From an uncultured Gammaproteobacteria bacterium (GTDB lineage Bacteria; Patescibacteriota; Microgenomatia; UBA8517), in the NCBI GenBank assembly GCA_964396785.1, contig CAYNFU010000001.1, positions 943 through 64,942 of the forward strand: 64,000 nucleotides of DNA, given 5' to 3'. The position numbers were made by a program, and so were the translations under genes. Below the pieces are notes generated by a model. The model did no database searches and was not told the DNA's origin. It worked only from the letters and a program-made list of their open reading frames with translations. Below are positions 46,536 through 56,578 of this stretch, one piece after another. Every line of letters starts with the position of its first letter. Position 1 is the first letter of the stretch.

Positions 46536-48149
46536 CTAGTTAGCGACAGCCTCGAAATAAAGATATCCGTTTTCTCCGTATATCCTTTTAACAATATTTG
46601 CCTCATTCGGTATTTCCTCGTCGGTTCCGACAATTAAGCTTCCTAGGTTTTGGGGCTTTAGGCTGTCAAAGTCTATCGGGACAAATTCGTAATTACCAAA
46701 ACTCCTCACCGTTGAAAATCCATATTTATCTTTGGCCGAAAGGCTATGCTCCTCCTGGAATCTTTGGGGTGGGTATTTTAAATAAAAAAGAAAAAGAATA
46801 TAAGGCTGGTCGTAGCGATCCGTAACTATTATCTTCTGGTTCTCTTTCTCCTTAATATAGTCTACCAACTCCTTTACCCCATACTGCGAGGAGAAGGGAA
46901 ACTCTTTGGCCATATGGACCCAATACATGTGTTCGTACCTAGCAAAACCCCAGATAATAAGAAGGGAAAGCGCCAAATAACCCCAAGATCGAATTTTCCT
47001 AAGGCCCCTAAACCATGAGAGGATTGTAATAAGCCCGTATGCACTGATTACTGTTAGTGGAATCACCATGTTTTGGGCTCTTAGGGCGTGGGGAGATTGA
47101 AAAGTGAGAGCAGCTGCCGTTGGAGCCAGAACTAGCCACATCAAAATCGCTCCCCACCCTCTGGGTCTAACGGCAATTGCCATAAGACCGAAAGTTAAGA
47201 AAATTAAGTCAAATAAATACATCTGCCCGGTCTCGGGCACCTTATTTCTCTCTATTTTATCCCCAGTAAGAAATAGAAATTCACCCCAGAAATGCTGTGA
47301 ATAGTTTAAGCCGAATGCCAATGAATAGTTAACCACCTTGTTGTGAAGGACTTTTGGCAAAAGAGCTAAATAGTCTGGGTGTTCCCCTCGCTGTTCATTT
47401 ATTCTTGCAAGTGGCCCAGGGTCTGCAAAAAGCCCAACCCCTGCCGCACGCGACCTGACCTCACCTTTGGCAAAATCGGCTCCTAAAGGAAGAAGCAGGA
47501 TAAGCGCAACCAAGCCGGAAACGGCAAATTTTCTGATATTGGGTTGTATTTCCTTTCGATAAATAAAACTAAGTCCGATAACAAGGAGAGGCACAACTAC
47601 TCTTGCGGCGTGGTAGGTATAGAAAGCGCTTACGAAGGCGAGTGTGCTAAAAACATATAATTTTGGATTATTTAAGGCCTTTAAAAATAACCATAAGCCT
47701 AGTGTAATGAAAAAAGTCGCAACATTAACCTCCCAGGCTCCTCTTGAGAAATGAATGTGCCAAGGAGAAATTGCCAGGAACAGGCTTGAGGCGAGTGCAA
47801 GTTTTTCATTTTTGAAAAGCTCCTTTACCAGAAGATAAAGGATTAGTACCGTCCCTACCCCAAGTGCTGCCCCCGGAATCCTAACCGCCCACTCGTTTAA
47901 TCCCAACACTTTTACAAAAGGCAGAACAAGATAAAAATAAAACCCTGGTTTGTAATCGTTGAACGACTGAAAATGGATGGGCCAGGCATTCCCGTGCTCG
48001 TCTTTTCCTGTTTCTACTAGAGAGTAGGCATTATAGCCAATTGCAGCCTCATCTGCGTTAAGTGCCGGAAAAGAATCAAGCCTCCAAAACCGTAAAAAGG
48101 AAGCTAACAGTAATATTAAAAAAAGTAGTAACCTTGTTTTTCTTAACAT
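46536..48149 (-). CDS. GT-C-fold membrane glycosyltransferase, GT39 (PMT/ArnT)-like. Tandem paralog 1.
   Basis: 537 aa with about 11 TM helices. The first loop is NADEAAIGYNAYSLVETGKDEHGNAWP. The conserved C-terminal soluble domain is WVHMAKEFPFSSQYGVKELVDYIKEKENQKIIVTDRYDQPYILFLFY. Confidence 0.75.
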   Translation of the reverse strand: MLRKTRLLLFLILLLASFLRFWRLDSFPALNADEAAIGYNAYSLVETGKDEHGNAWPIHFQSFNDYKPGFYFYLVLPFVKVLGLNEWAVRIPGAALGVGTVLILYLLVKELFKNEKLALASSLFLAISPWHIHFSRGAWEVNVATFFITLGLWLFLKALNNPKLYVFSTLAFVSAFYTYHAARVVVPLLVIGLSFIYRKEIQPNIRKFAVSGLVALILLLPLGADFAKGEVRSRAAGVGLFADPGPLARINEQRGEHPDYLALLPKVLHNKVVNYSLAFGLNYSQHFWGEFLFLTGDKIERNKVPETGQMYLFDLIFLTFGLMAIAVRPRGWGAILMWLVLAPTAAALTFQSPHALRAQNMVIPLTVISAYGLITILSWFRGLRKIRSWGYLALSLLIIWGFARYEHMYWVHMAKEFPFSSQYGVKELVDYIKEKENQKIIVTDRYDQPYILFLFYLKYPPQRFQEEHSLSAKDKYGFSTVRSFGNYEFVPIDFDSLKPQNLGSLIVGTDEEIPNEANIVKRIYGENGYLYFEAVAN

Positions 48150-49004
48150 CTATTTGACTAACAATAAACCCAAAAAACCCAAAAAGGATCCTGCAATCTT
48201 CCAAATAATTCTCTTTCTTTCATTAAGAAAAAGAATCGCAAAAATCACAGTTACAACAACACCTATGGAATTTAAAGAAATTACTTGTGATGAATTTTCC
48301 GCAATCTGCAACGCATAGAAAAACAAAATTGCAGACGCTGCATAGAATAAACTTAAAGTCGCCATTCTAACAAATGTCCCCTTCACTAGAAAAACTTTCA
48401 TTTTTTTAATACTGCCGGAGTAAAATACTAGAACCGACAATGCTGGAAGGACAAATGCAAGGAATGAGTAAGGGAAAACATCAAAGTGCCCAAGGAGAAA
48501 TCTGTCGTTAACCACAGAGAACCCGAAAAACATTGCAGCCAGAAGAGAATAAATTTCTTTAAAAGAGAATTTAATTTTCCTTTTTTCCAAAGATACAATT
48601 ACTGCAGCAGAAAGGATAAGCAACGTACCTATCCATTGTGAAACTGTAAGACTTTCTTTCATTAAAAGCGAAAAAGCCAAAATTGCAAAAATTGCTCTGG
48701 AACTAAAGATAACAGAAAATTTTGACGCTTCGGTTCTTTTTAGTGCTTTAAACACAAAAATATTACCAAGTGCATAAAGAACTATCATTATTAAAAAGTT
48801 TAATATCAAAGGCTTGAAATCAGGGTACTTCATTGTGGTAAATAAATATCCAAAAATCCCTATCATAAGGCCTGTTAAAAGTTGGAAGAAAGAAGCATAA
48901 GCCACCGGATCACTATCCTTCTCCCTGACCAGTATTCTCTGCAGTAATACAGAGATAGAATAACAAATAACGCTCAAGATAATTAGTATTTGCCAAGTCA
49001 CCAT
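48150..49004 (-). CDS. EamA / DMT-superfamily transporter (10 TM, two EamA repeats)
   Basis: 284 aa. The two approx. 140 aa halves each carry an EamA-type helix pattern (…ALGNIFVFKALKRTEASKFSVIFSSRAIFAILAFSLL… / …LFYAASAILFFYALQIAENSSQVISLNSIGVVVTVIFAILFL…). It lies inside the GT-C paralog array. Confidence 0.7.
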   Translation of the reverse strand: MVTWQILIILSVICYSISVLLQRILVREKDSDPVAYASFFQLLTGLMIGIFGYLFTTMKYPDFKPLILNFLIMIVLYALGNIFVFKALKRTEASKFSVIFSSRAIFAILAFSLLMKESLTVSQWIGTLLILSAAVIVSLEKRKIKFSFKEIYSLLAAMFFGFSVVNDRFLLGHFDVFPYSFLAFVLPALSVLVFYSGSIKKMKVFLVKGTFVRMATLSLFYAASAILFFYALQIAENSSQVISLNSIGVVVTVIFAILFLNERKRIIWKIAGSFLGFLGLLLVK

Positions 49005-50671
49005 TATTTGGCCTCCATTATTAAATATGCCAGTGACCCGTCTGGCCTAAGAACTTCTTTAAGAATTGAATAGTCGCTTATAACTTGTTTTCTTGGGGCA
49101 ACTATCTCATCGGCAACAACGATAGTTCCAGTCGGATACTTGTATGGCCAACTCAAATACTGAAACTTTAGGTGTTTAAACTCACTTACAAGCCCCACGT
49201 CGCCGACGCTGCTTGACTCATAAACTGCGCTCTCCCAAAATTCTTGAGGGTCCCTTTTATCGTAAAAAAGAAAATATATAAAGGGCTGGGCGTATGACTG
49301 CTGGAAAACTACTTGTCGTGAATTAAGGTTCGACTCTTTTAAATATTGAACCGCCTCCCTGTAACCGAATTCCCAATATTTAGCCCCGTGCTTTGGAAGA
49401 TGTACGTAATAGGAATCTAGGTAGTATATATAGTTAAGAAAATATAATGCCACAAATCCCCATATAGCAATTCTTTTCAAATAATTCTTAGACAAATTGG
49501 CAAATAAGCCATGAAGGGCAAGCGAAGAAATAATAATCAAGGGAATTGCCATATGAAGACTCCTTACCCCATGAACGGGGTCTCTCGACAATATTGAAGG
49601 AACGGGTGCCAAAACAAGCCACAAAAGGAGGAATAAGAAATATTTGTTCTTAAGGCTTCGGATAAATAATATAAGTCCTGCAAGAATTAGAACGGAGTCT
49701 GCCAGAAGAAACATTCCCATATTTATCGAATTGTGTCTCGGGTTATTCCAATCACCCTCAAAAAAAAGAAATCTTCCCGAAAAATGGTTAAACCACTTTC
49801 CCATTATTACCCTAACCCAGTTAAGAGACTCCGAATGAAAAGCCAAATAAGTAGCTCCTCCTGGCTTCTCGCCACCCTGCTCCAGTATTTCTTTTATATC
49901 TGTCTCACTTCTCGGATATGAGAATGTGCTTACCACCGTAAGCCTTCCTGCGTAACCGGTGTAAACGCTTATTAAAATTGGCAAACTAATAATAATTCCT
50001 ACCCCAAAAGACCCCAGAAGCACTTTTTTGTCAAATCTTATTAAATTTTTGAAAAATAGTAGTCCGAGAAGTAAAACTACAATTGGAGTTGAAAGCTTGG
50101 CCCCCTGATAGCTAATGAGTGTTAGTCCGAAAAAAATTGCAGAGGCAAAAAGAAATCTGTTCTTTTCAAAAGATTTCATGAAGAAATAAATGCCGATAAG
50201 GGTCAGGCAAAAGGCGAGGTTAGGTACCCAGGCACCTCTGGAAAAATGTATAAGCCAGGGGTTGGTAGCTGCCAAGAAACCGGAAAATAGGGCAATACTC
50301 TCGAAATTTTTGTATTTAGCCTTTTCAAAAATTATCCTGGCTAAATGGAAGACAAAATAAACAATTATTACCCCGAAAATGGCGTTAGGGAGCCGAACGC
50401 TCAATTCATTTAAACCCATCACCCCAATAAACGGTGCAGCCAAATAGACGTAGAGCCCCGGAGTGTAATCTCCAAAAGACTTAAACACGATTGGCAAAGA
50501 CTCTCCCCAGAAATCTTTGCCTGTTTTTAATATTGAATAAGCGTTATATCCCAAAGCTACCTCATCGGAAGTCAGATGAGGAGGTATCGTCCCCAACTTC
50601 CAAAGCCTAAGAAATGCCGCCAAAAAAAGTATAAATAGGAGAATGGTTGTTGTATTAATAAATCGCTTCAT
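49004..50671 (-). CDS. GT-C-fold membrane glycosyltransferase, GT39-like. Tandem paralog 2.
   Basis: 555 aa. The first loop is HLTSDEVALGYNAYSILKTGKDFWGESLP. The C-terminal domain is YVHLPKHGAKYWEFGYREAVQYLKESNLNSRQVVFQQSYAQPFIYFLFY. Confidence 0.75.
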   Translation of the reverse strand: MKRFINTTTILLFILFLAAFLRLWKLGTIPPHLTSDEVALGYNAYSILKTGKDFWGESLPIVFKSFGDYTPGLYVYLAAPFIGVMGLNELSVRLPNAIFGVIIVYFVFHLARIIFEKAKYKNFESIALFSGFLAATNPWLIHFSRGAWVPNLAFCLTLIGIYFFMKSFEKNRFLFASAIFFGLTLISYQGAKLSTPIVVLLLGLLFFKNLIRFDKKVLLGSFGVGIIISLPILISVYTGYAGRLTVVSTFSYPRSETDIKEILEQGGEKPGGATYLAFHSESLNWVRVIMGKWFNHFSGRFLFFEGDWNNPRHNSINMGMFLLADSVLILAGLILFIRSLKNKYFLFLLLWLVLAPVPSILSRDPVHGVRSLHMAIPLIIISSLALHGLFANLSKNYLKRIAIWGFVALYFLNYIYYLDSYYVHLPKHGAKYWEFGYREAVQYLKESNLNSRQVVFQQSYAQPFIYFLFYDKRDPQEFWESAVYESSSVGDVGLVSEFKHLKFQYLSWPYKYPTGTIVVADEIVAPRKQVISDYSILKEVLRPDGSLAYLIMEAK

Positions 50672-50680
50672 CGAATCATT

Positions 50681-52453
50681 CTAATTTTCTAAAATCTCAA
50701 AGGCGGGTTTGCCGTCTAAGAAATTTATGGTTTTTAGTTTATTCCAGTTAGCTCTGTAACTCCCTGGGCTTGTAATTAACAAACATCTGGTTTCTTGCGC
50801 CTTACAGCTGACAATTCCGCCACTTTCGAGCGTAAAATCATCATTTGGCCCGGGAGTAATTTGCCAATCGTTTACGAAATAAAATTTATCGAATCTATCC
50901 ACCCAATACCAGTCTGATTGATGAAATCGTATCAGATTTGGGTCAGCTTTATATTTGGCCGGGTCCCAAGGCCAAAAGAACAAGAAGAATTCGTGGGGTT
51001 CTCCGTATTTCTTTGTAATTATTATTTTATCGTACTTTTGATAATTGTCCCTAGCATAATCAACTGCTTGCCTATATCCGTATTGCCAGGACCAAGAATA
51101 TTCTTCGGGATAGAGAGTAAAATAGTTCGTTAAATAACTTTTGGCAAGGAAAAATATTCCGACACAATAAAGTGTAAAAAAAATAAACTTAGTCGCGGGG
51201 TTTCCCTTTTTAGTTATTAAATCGTAGACAAAAAATAACCCAATTGCGGCTAAGATCTGAGGTAAGGGAAGCATGACAGAGGCGCGAGTCACGGCAAAAT
51301 GTTCACTAGTTATACTTCCGGCAATAGGGGAAAGCGCAAGCCAGGCCAAAAGTAACAGGTAGTCTTTATCTCCCTTAAAAGATTTCTTAAGAAGAATATA
51401 AATTCCCAAATAAAAAAACGGCAAATTGATTAAATAGGAGAGACCTTTCCCAGGAAGGCTATATTGAAACTGTGTTCCGCCGGATAAAAAGAGAAACTGC
51501 GGCGATAAATATTCTAGATAATTACGGCTAAAATGATAAATAAGATAGGTTGGTCTGTTGTAAATAAGTTTGGGGAGGGGTTGAGGTAAGGAAGAGGAGA
51601 GCCTGCCTTCCTCAATACTTGCAATCGCCCCCTCATTTATAATAAAAAGCCACTTGGCTCTCGCTCTTGCGGAGGGTTCTAAAAGAATTGCCCCGGCCAA
51701 GACGAAAAAGGCAATTAGCGCCGATATAGAAACTATGGGGATGAAGCTTTCCCTTTTTATTAAATTTTTAAATTCGCCACGATATATAACCAGGGTCGCA
51801 ACTAGTATAAGTGGAGAAAATATTCTGGTTGAGTGATAGGAAAAAAGCGACAGAAAAAGAAAGGCAAGTGAAAGTGGAAGTAAGTATTTCTTTTTATCTC
51901 TATTAAAAAAGGCAGCCGCCGACGCAGTAAGCAAAAAAATCGAAAGGTTTTGTTGTAAAACTACTCTTGAGGTAAATAATGTCCACGGCTCAATAGCTAC
52001 TAGAAAAGAAGAAAGAAGGGCTAATTCCCTGCGTTTAGTTAGTCCCATTGCAAGGAAATACGTGGCAACTGTCGTAAGAACGCCTAAAACTGCATGGGGA
52101 AATCTGATTGCAAATTCGTTAAGCCCAAAAACCAGTATTGAAGGGATGGTCATATAGAGATTTAGGGGCAAAGGATAATCGCCGTAGGCTCGAAAATTGA
52201 CAACGGGTAAGGCCTGCCCCCATTCGTCTGCTCCCGTTTTCAATATCGAATAGGCGTTATAGCCGTGCGAAACCTCATCCCAATTAACTGCAGGGGGGAA
52301 ATCTGAAAGGTTAATGAGCCTAAGGGCGGCCGCCAAGACCAAGACCAGAAAAAGGAGCTTGTTTTCCAAAAACAAACCCCAACCCTTCTTAAAAAGAGTC
52401 CTCATAGCAAAATTATATCTTCGCAAAGTCAAAAAGTCGAAGAAGTAGTACAA
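50681..52453 (-). CDS. GT-C-fold membrane glycosyltransferase, GT39-like. Tandem paralog 3. The true start is probably the internal ATG (MRTLFKK, approx. 52405).
   Basis: 590 aa ORF. The first loop is NWDEVSHGYNAYSILKTGADEWGQALP. The C-terminal domain is YPEEYSWSWQYGYRQAVDYARDNYQKYDKIIITKKYGEPHEFFLFFW. The ORF-track start overlaps the upstream gene by 25 nt. Confidence 0.75.
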   Translation of the reverse strand: MYYFFDFLTLRRYNFAMRTLFKKGWGLFLENKLLFLVLVLAAALRLINLSDFPPAVNWDEVSHGYNAYSILKTGADEWGQALPVVNFRAYGDYPLPLNLYMTIPSILVFGLNEFAIRFPHAVLGVLTTVATYFLAMGLTKRRELALLSSFLVAIEPWTLFTSRVVLQQNLSIFLLTASAAAFFNRDKKKYLLPLSLAFLFLSLFSYHSTRIFSPLILVATLVIYRGEFKNLIKRESFIPIVSISALIAFFVLAGAILLEPSARARAKWLFIINEGAIASIEEGRLSSSLPQPLPKLIYNRPTYLIYHFSRNYLEYLSPQFLFLSGGTQFQYSLPGKGLSYLINLPFFYLGIYILLKKSFKGDKDYLLLLAWLALSPIAGSITSEHFAVTRASVMLPLPQILAAIGLFFVYDLITKKGNPATKFIFFTLYCVGIFFLAKSYLTNYFTLYPEEYSWSWQYGYRQAVDYARDNYQKYDKIIITKKYGEPHEFFLFFWPWDPAKYKADPNLIRFHQSDWYWVDRFDKFYFVNDWQITPGPNDDFTLESGGIVSCKAQETRCLLITSPGSYRANWNKLKTINFLDGKPAFEILEN

Positions 52454-54108
52454 TAAATGCTTTTGACCTTTTCTGATTTACATTTTAGGAAAGGATTTGT
52501 CCTATAAACTTGGAAGACAACTTCCCCAAGAGGCTCCTTAATCTCAAGTGCTTTTTCGAGCTTGTGTTCTTGGGCCTGCTCTGGGGAAATTGCAAGACTA
52601 TCCCCCACTAAAAATTGCTCTTTATAAATATCTTTTTCCCAAATAATTGCCCTTGTTTCTATATTCGCAAACTTAAAGTTTTGATCGAAAGGAGGGTTTT
52701 CATAATAGTTTTTTCTGATTGTGGGATCTACCGAATTCTGAAACTCCTGGGGTGGAACCTTGAGGAAAAACGCCAACTCTATGTAGGGGATGGGAATCCT
52801 TACCCTATCAATAACAAAATGCGAGTCGGGATTCTTTTTGATAAATTGAGATAGTTCTGCGTATCCATATGCCCAATATTTAGCCTTTTCAACGGGAAAA
52901 ATTACAAAATAAGACCGCCAAAAAAGTATTAGGGAAAAACAAAATACGACTATTCCCAAGATTACCCAAAAACCCCGGTTAATAAGTTTTCTTTTGAATA
53001 TTTTTGTCGAAATTATCTTATCTAATCCCAAAGCTATAGCTAAAAAGATGGGAAGAATAAGGGCTAATGTTCGATGAACAGGAAACGGGTCCTTGGTAAG
53101 CGATGCTGTGATTGGTGCTGAGAGGGCCAATAGAAAAATAAATTTTGAACGATCGCTCTGCCTTTTCTTCCACAGTAAATAAATTCCAATTAAATAAGGA
53201 ACAAGCATCCATTGATAAAAAAGCGTAAGACCCGGCAGGTCTTTGTAGCCAGCTAAAAATAGCGATTTTGGCGAGAAATAATTCGCAAACTGTGATGAAA
53301 ACTCCCTAATAAAGGAAAGTAAAATGGCTAAAGGGGCAGGTATGAAGCCTTTCAATTTTTCGGATTGCATCAAAATATTTTGAAGTCCTGTTTCTTCGGT
53401 TTTAGGCAAAAATACAGGGGTAGTAAGAAGGTACAAATGCGGAATCTGAGTCAAAATTAAAACCCCTAAAGCGTACAAGAAATTTTTCCTGTTCGATTGA
53501 GCTAAAAGGAGCTTTCTAAAAAATAAAAAGTAAAAGACAAGCACAAAAGGAACTGTAAACCTTTGGGCATACGCGGCGTAAGTTGAAAGGGAAAGAACAA
53601 AAAATGCTGGGATGAGCCAATTTTGTTTTTTTACAGACAACCAGAGAAAATAACTTCCCAAACAAAAAAGTGTGAATGCTAGACCTATCTCGTCTCCAAC
53701 TCTCGCACGAAATACAACCACGGGTGTTATCGCGAAAAACAAACTTCCGATAGTTGAGATTTTCATACTTTTCAAAAAAGCATAAATTATGAATATTAAG
53801 GCTAAGCCCGAAAGCGCCGCGATACTCCTTACAGAAAAAGCAGTCAAACCCCATATCTTGATTGGCAAAGTAGTGAGGTATACATAAAGAGGTTCATTGT
53901 AAGAGCCATACATTCGAAAGACCATAGGGAAGGCTTTTCCATATTCGTCTTTCCCGGTTTCTAAAATCGAATATGCCGAATACCCGTGTAAGGCTTCGTC
54001 TACATAAAAGCCTGGCGGGATTACATCGAGTTTATGAAAGAACATAAAAATCCCGACTATAAGAAGTAGCGATAAAAATATTATTTGTTTAAAAGAAATT
54101 TTCGGCAT
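52429..54108 (-). CDS. GT-C-fold membrane glycosyltransferase, GT39-like. Tandem paralog 4.
   Basis: 559 aa. The first loop is FYVDEALHGYSAYSILETGKDEYGKAFP. The C-terminal soluble domain is VIFPVEKAKYWAYGYAELSQFIKKNPDSHFVIDRVRIPIPYIELAFFL. Confidence 0.75.
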   Translation of the reverse strand: MPKISFKQIIFLSLLLIVGIFMFFHKLDVIPPGFYVDEALHGYSAYSILETGKDEYGKAFPMVFRMYGSYNEPLYVYLTTLPIKIWGLTAFSVRSIAALSGLALIFIIYAFLKSMKISTIGSLFFAITPVVVFRARVGDEIGLAFTLFCLGSYFLWLSVKKQNWLIPAFFVLSLSTYAAYAQRFTVPFVLVFYFLFFRKLLLAQSNRKNFLYALGVLILTQIPHLYLLTTPVFLPKTEETGLQNILMQSEKLKGFIPAPLAILLSFIREFSSQFANYFSPKSLFLAGYKDLPGLTLFYQWMLVPYLIGIYLLWKKRQSDRSKFIFLLALSAPITASLTKDPFPVHRTLALILPIFLAIALGLDKIISTKIFKRKLINRGFWVILGIVVFCFSLILFWRSYFVIFPVEKAKYWAYGYAELSQFIKKNPDSHFVIDRVRIPIPYIELAFFLKVPPQEFQNSVDPTIRKNYYENPPFDQNFKFANIETRAIIWEKDIYKEQFLVGDSLAISPEQAQEHKLEKALEIKEPLGEVVFQVYRTNPFLKCKSEKVKSIYCTTSSTF

Positions 54109-54957
54109 TTAGGGTCTAGTATTTAAAAATATCTGAATGACTATTAGAAAATAAAAGAGAATAAATACTGAAGTTGCTGCAATCTTTAGCCTCGTATTTT
54201 TATTTTTCAACACTAAAGACGAAACGTATTCAATTCCCAAAATCCCACAAGCCGCAATGAAGGGGAACAAAATAAAAGGCTCTATATTTGGAGAAAAGTT
54301 CCCTACTACTAAATATATAATTGGTAAAACAAATCCCAGAGCTATCAAACTTAAGTTTTTTCGAAAGTTAATTGCGAAAAATCCAATAAGAAAAAGGGGT
54401 AGGAGTATATACGGAAATTTTTCCAACTCGGTAATCCCCACTCTCTCATTGGGATGGTTTGCAAAAAAATATAAATTGGGATCAAGAACCTCACCCAAAT
54501 TATGTTGAAGTCGATAAAAAGTTAGGGTCTCTGGCCTTTCTTCCAACCAATGGGCGGCAGGGATCCAAATGGTTCGTGTCCCGATTGTTATTTTTACAGG
54601 AGGATATAATTTAAGTCTTTGTATCTGCAAGACTTCCTGTTGTTTATTAAGCTTAGTAAGACTTGTAAGATTTAAACCCTTTAGGCTAAAGAGAAAAAGA
54701 ACAAGATAACAAATAATTAAGAGTTTATTTAGTTTTGATTTACCTAAAGAAGTCAGTATTAAGTATGTCGATAAAATAAGGATAACTCCCACAATAAAAT
54801 TAAGAGTAAATATTCTCCAAATCCAGATGTTTCCCAAAACAACTAGAGGAAAAACGGGAGTGATACCAAGTTTTTTTACTTTCCCAAGAAAACTAAAGTT
54901 CATTTGCGTCAACAAGAATGTATGAAGGTGCGCCGTCCAGGTAGGTAAATGTCGCAA
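54109..54957 (-). CDS. Hypothetical membrane protein (approx. 6 TM) inside the GT-C array. The start is probably the internal ATG near 54903.
   Basis: 282 aa ORF. It has hydrophobic helices at both ends and a loop containing TIGTRTIWIPAAHWLEERPETLTFYRL. The ORF-track start overlaps the upstream gene by 65 nt. Confidence 0.45.
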   Translation of the reverse strand: MRHLPTWTAHLHTFLLTQMNFSFLGKVKKLGITPVFPLVVLGNIWIWRIFTLNFIVGVILILSTYLILTSLGKSKLNKLLIICYLVLFLFSLKGLNLTSLTKLNKQQEVLQIQRLKLYPPVKITIGTRTIWIPAAHWLEERPETLTFYRLQHNLGEVLDPNLYFFANHPNERVGITELEKFPYILLPLFLIGFFAINFRKNLSLIALGFVLPIIYLVVGNFSPNIEPFILFPFIAACGILGIEYVSSLVLKNKNTRLKIAATSVFILFYFLIVIQIFLNTRP

Positions 54958-56578
54958 GGGGGGCTACATGAGATGGAAATTCTTCGGGCCGGCCCACAAC
55001 CAAATAGTTCATACCTTTAAGGTCCGAAATCACGATATCTCCGAAAGTAAATTCAGCCATAGAATATTCGTTCAACTGGTCCAAATATTTTATTCCTAAT
55101 TTCTCATATCTTAACCAAACACGAGACGCATCTTGAACTTCGCTTGGGTCGACCTGCATATAAAACTGAGCCCAAATGTTGGGAACAGAAAGGGTCCTAC
55201 TTAATACCACTCCTTCATAATTTCCCTCGATACTATTTATAGTAGCCATTATGTCCTTCATGCCGTATTGCATGGCCTTAGAAGCCCTGAGCGGAGCGTG
55301 ATAGCGGTAATCTTCCAAGAAACCGGCCAGGGAACCAAGTAAAATAATTAAAACTCCCCAAGCAAACCCTTTTGCCAAGCCGTTGCCGTACCTCCCTTTC
55401 AGCTTCTCATAAAGATATACTCCACCCCAGACTGATATTACCTGTATCGCTGGTATCATTACGGCAGCGCGGTTTGCCGCAAAGCCAGGGCCCTTGGTAA
55501 GAGCAGCGGCAATGGGAGAAATCAAAATCCAAAGAAGAAATAGCCCCATTTTGTTAAACCCTTCCTTTTTGGCAAAAGAAAAAATGGCGGCTAAAACAAA
55601 AATCACCTCAAAAACGTAAAGTACTCCCCTTCCGGGTATTAATCCATAGCTCCATTCTCCGGCTCCCTCGCTAAATAGAAACGAGGATGAAAAATATGAA
55701 AGGTAATTTTTGCTGAAGGTCTCAAAAACATAACTTACTTTGTTGGAAAATATTCGAGCGTAAAAATCAGGGAAGCCCTGAAGTGTAGCCTCATAGCGCC
55801 TGTCGGCAACCGCAGCCCAATTGTCGGTAGGGCTAATAATTGTAATATCCAAACCCCTTTTGGCCCCACCCGTAAACATGGTAAATATAGCGGTTGCCAA
55901 GAAAACACTGAATATAAGTAGCCCCCATTTATACTTGGACAATATTATCCCTTGTACCTTTGCCCCCATTTGTTTTAATTCCTTTAAGTAACTTCCAACT
56001 AGAACAAGGATAAGTACTGGGGTAAAAAGTCTTGCGGAATGGTAAGAAAACAAATTTAGGCCAAAGGAAATTGCCGCCAAGACCATAAAACGGGGTTTTT
56101 CGATGGCTGTAACAAATGCCCAGACGCCCAAGGGAATAAAAAAGGTTGTCAAATTGGCCTCAAACGCGCCCCTAGAAAGACCTATATGCCAAGGTGAGAC
56201 CGCCAGAAAAAGAGCTGATAAAAGACCAAGCTCCTTCCTTTTGGTTATTTTGGAAACCATAAGGAAAGTGGTCAGAACCGCCAATGAGCCTAAAATAGCG
56301 TTGGGAAGCCGCACGCTAAATTCGTTCAGTCCTAATAAATAAACCGAGGGGATTGCTAAATATGAATAAAGGGGCATTTTAAAGTCCCCGAAAGAGCGTA
56401 AAACCAAAGGCAGAGACTTTCCCCATTGGTCCTTGCCGGTAAGGAGCAGTGAGTATGCGTCGTATCCCAAGCCCGCCTCGTCCTGGGTAAAACCCACGGG
56501 GAAGGAGGAAATGCCAACGACCCTCAAAAGAAGGGCTCCAATAAAGATGAAGGATAAAAGTATTAAGTATTTTTTCAT
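54893..56578 (-). CDS. GT-C-fold membrane glycosyltransferase, GT39-like. Tandem paralog 5.
   Basis: 561 aa. The first loop is FTQDEAGLGYDAYSLLLTGKDQWGKSLP. The C-terminal domain is YHAPLRASKAMQYGMKDIMATINSIEGNYEGVVLSRTLSVPNIWAQFYM. Confidence 0.75.
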   Translation of the reverse strand: MKKYLILLSFIFIGALLLRVVGISSFPVGFTQDEAGLGYDAYSLLLTGKDQWGKSLPLVLRSFGDFKMPLYSYLAIPSVYLLGLNEFSVRLPNAILGSLAVLTTFLMVSKITKRKELGLLSALFLAVSPWHIGLSRGAFEANLTTFFIPLGVWAFVTAIEKPRFMVLAAISFGLNLFSYHSARLFTPVLILVLVGSYLKELKQMGAKVQGIILSKYKWGLLIFSVFLATAIFTMFTGGAKRGLDITIISPTDNWAAVADRRYEATLQGFPDFYARIFSNKVSYVFETFSKNYLSYFSSSFLFSEGAGEWSYGLIPGRGVLYVFEVIFVLAAIFSFAKKEGFNKMGLFLLWILISPIAAALTKGPGFAANRAAVMIPAIQVISVWGGVYLYEKLKGRYGNGLAKGFAWGVLIILLGSLAGFLEDYRYHAPLRASKAMQYGMKDIMATINSIEGNYEGVVLSRTLSVPNIWAQFYMQVDPSEVQDASRVWLRYEKLGIKYLDQLNEYSMAEFTFGDIVISDLKGMNYLVVGRPEEFPSHVAPLATFTYLDGAPSYILVDANEL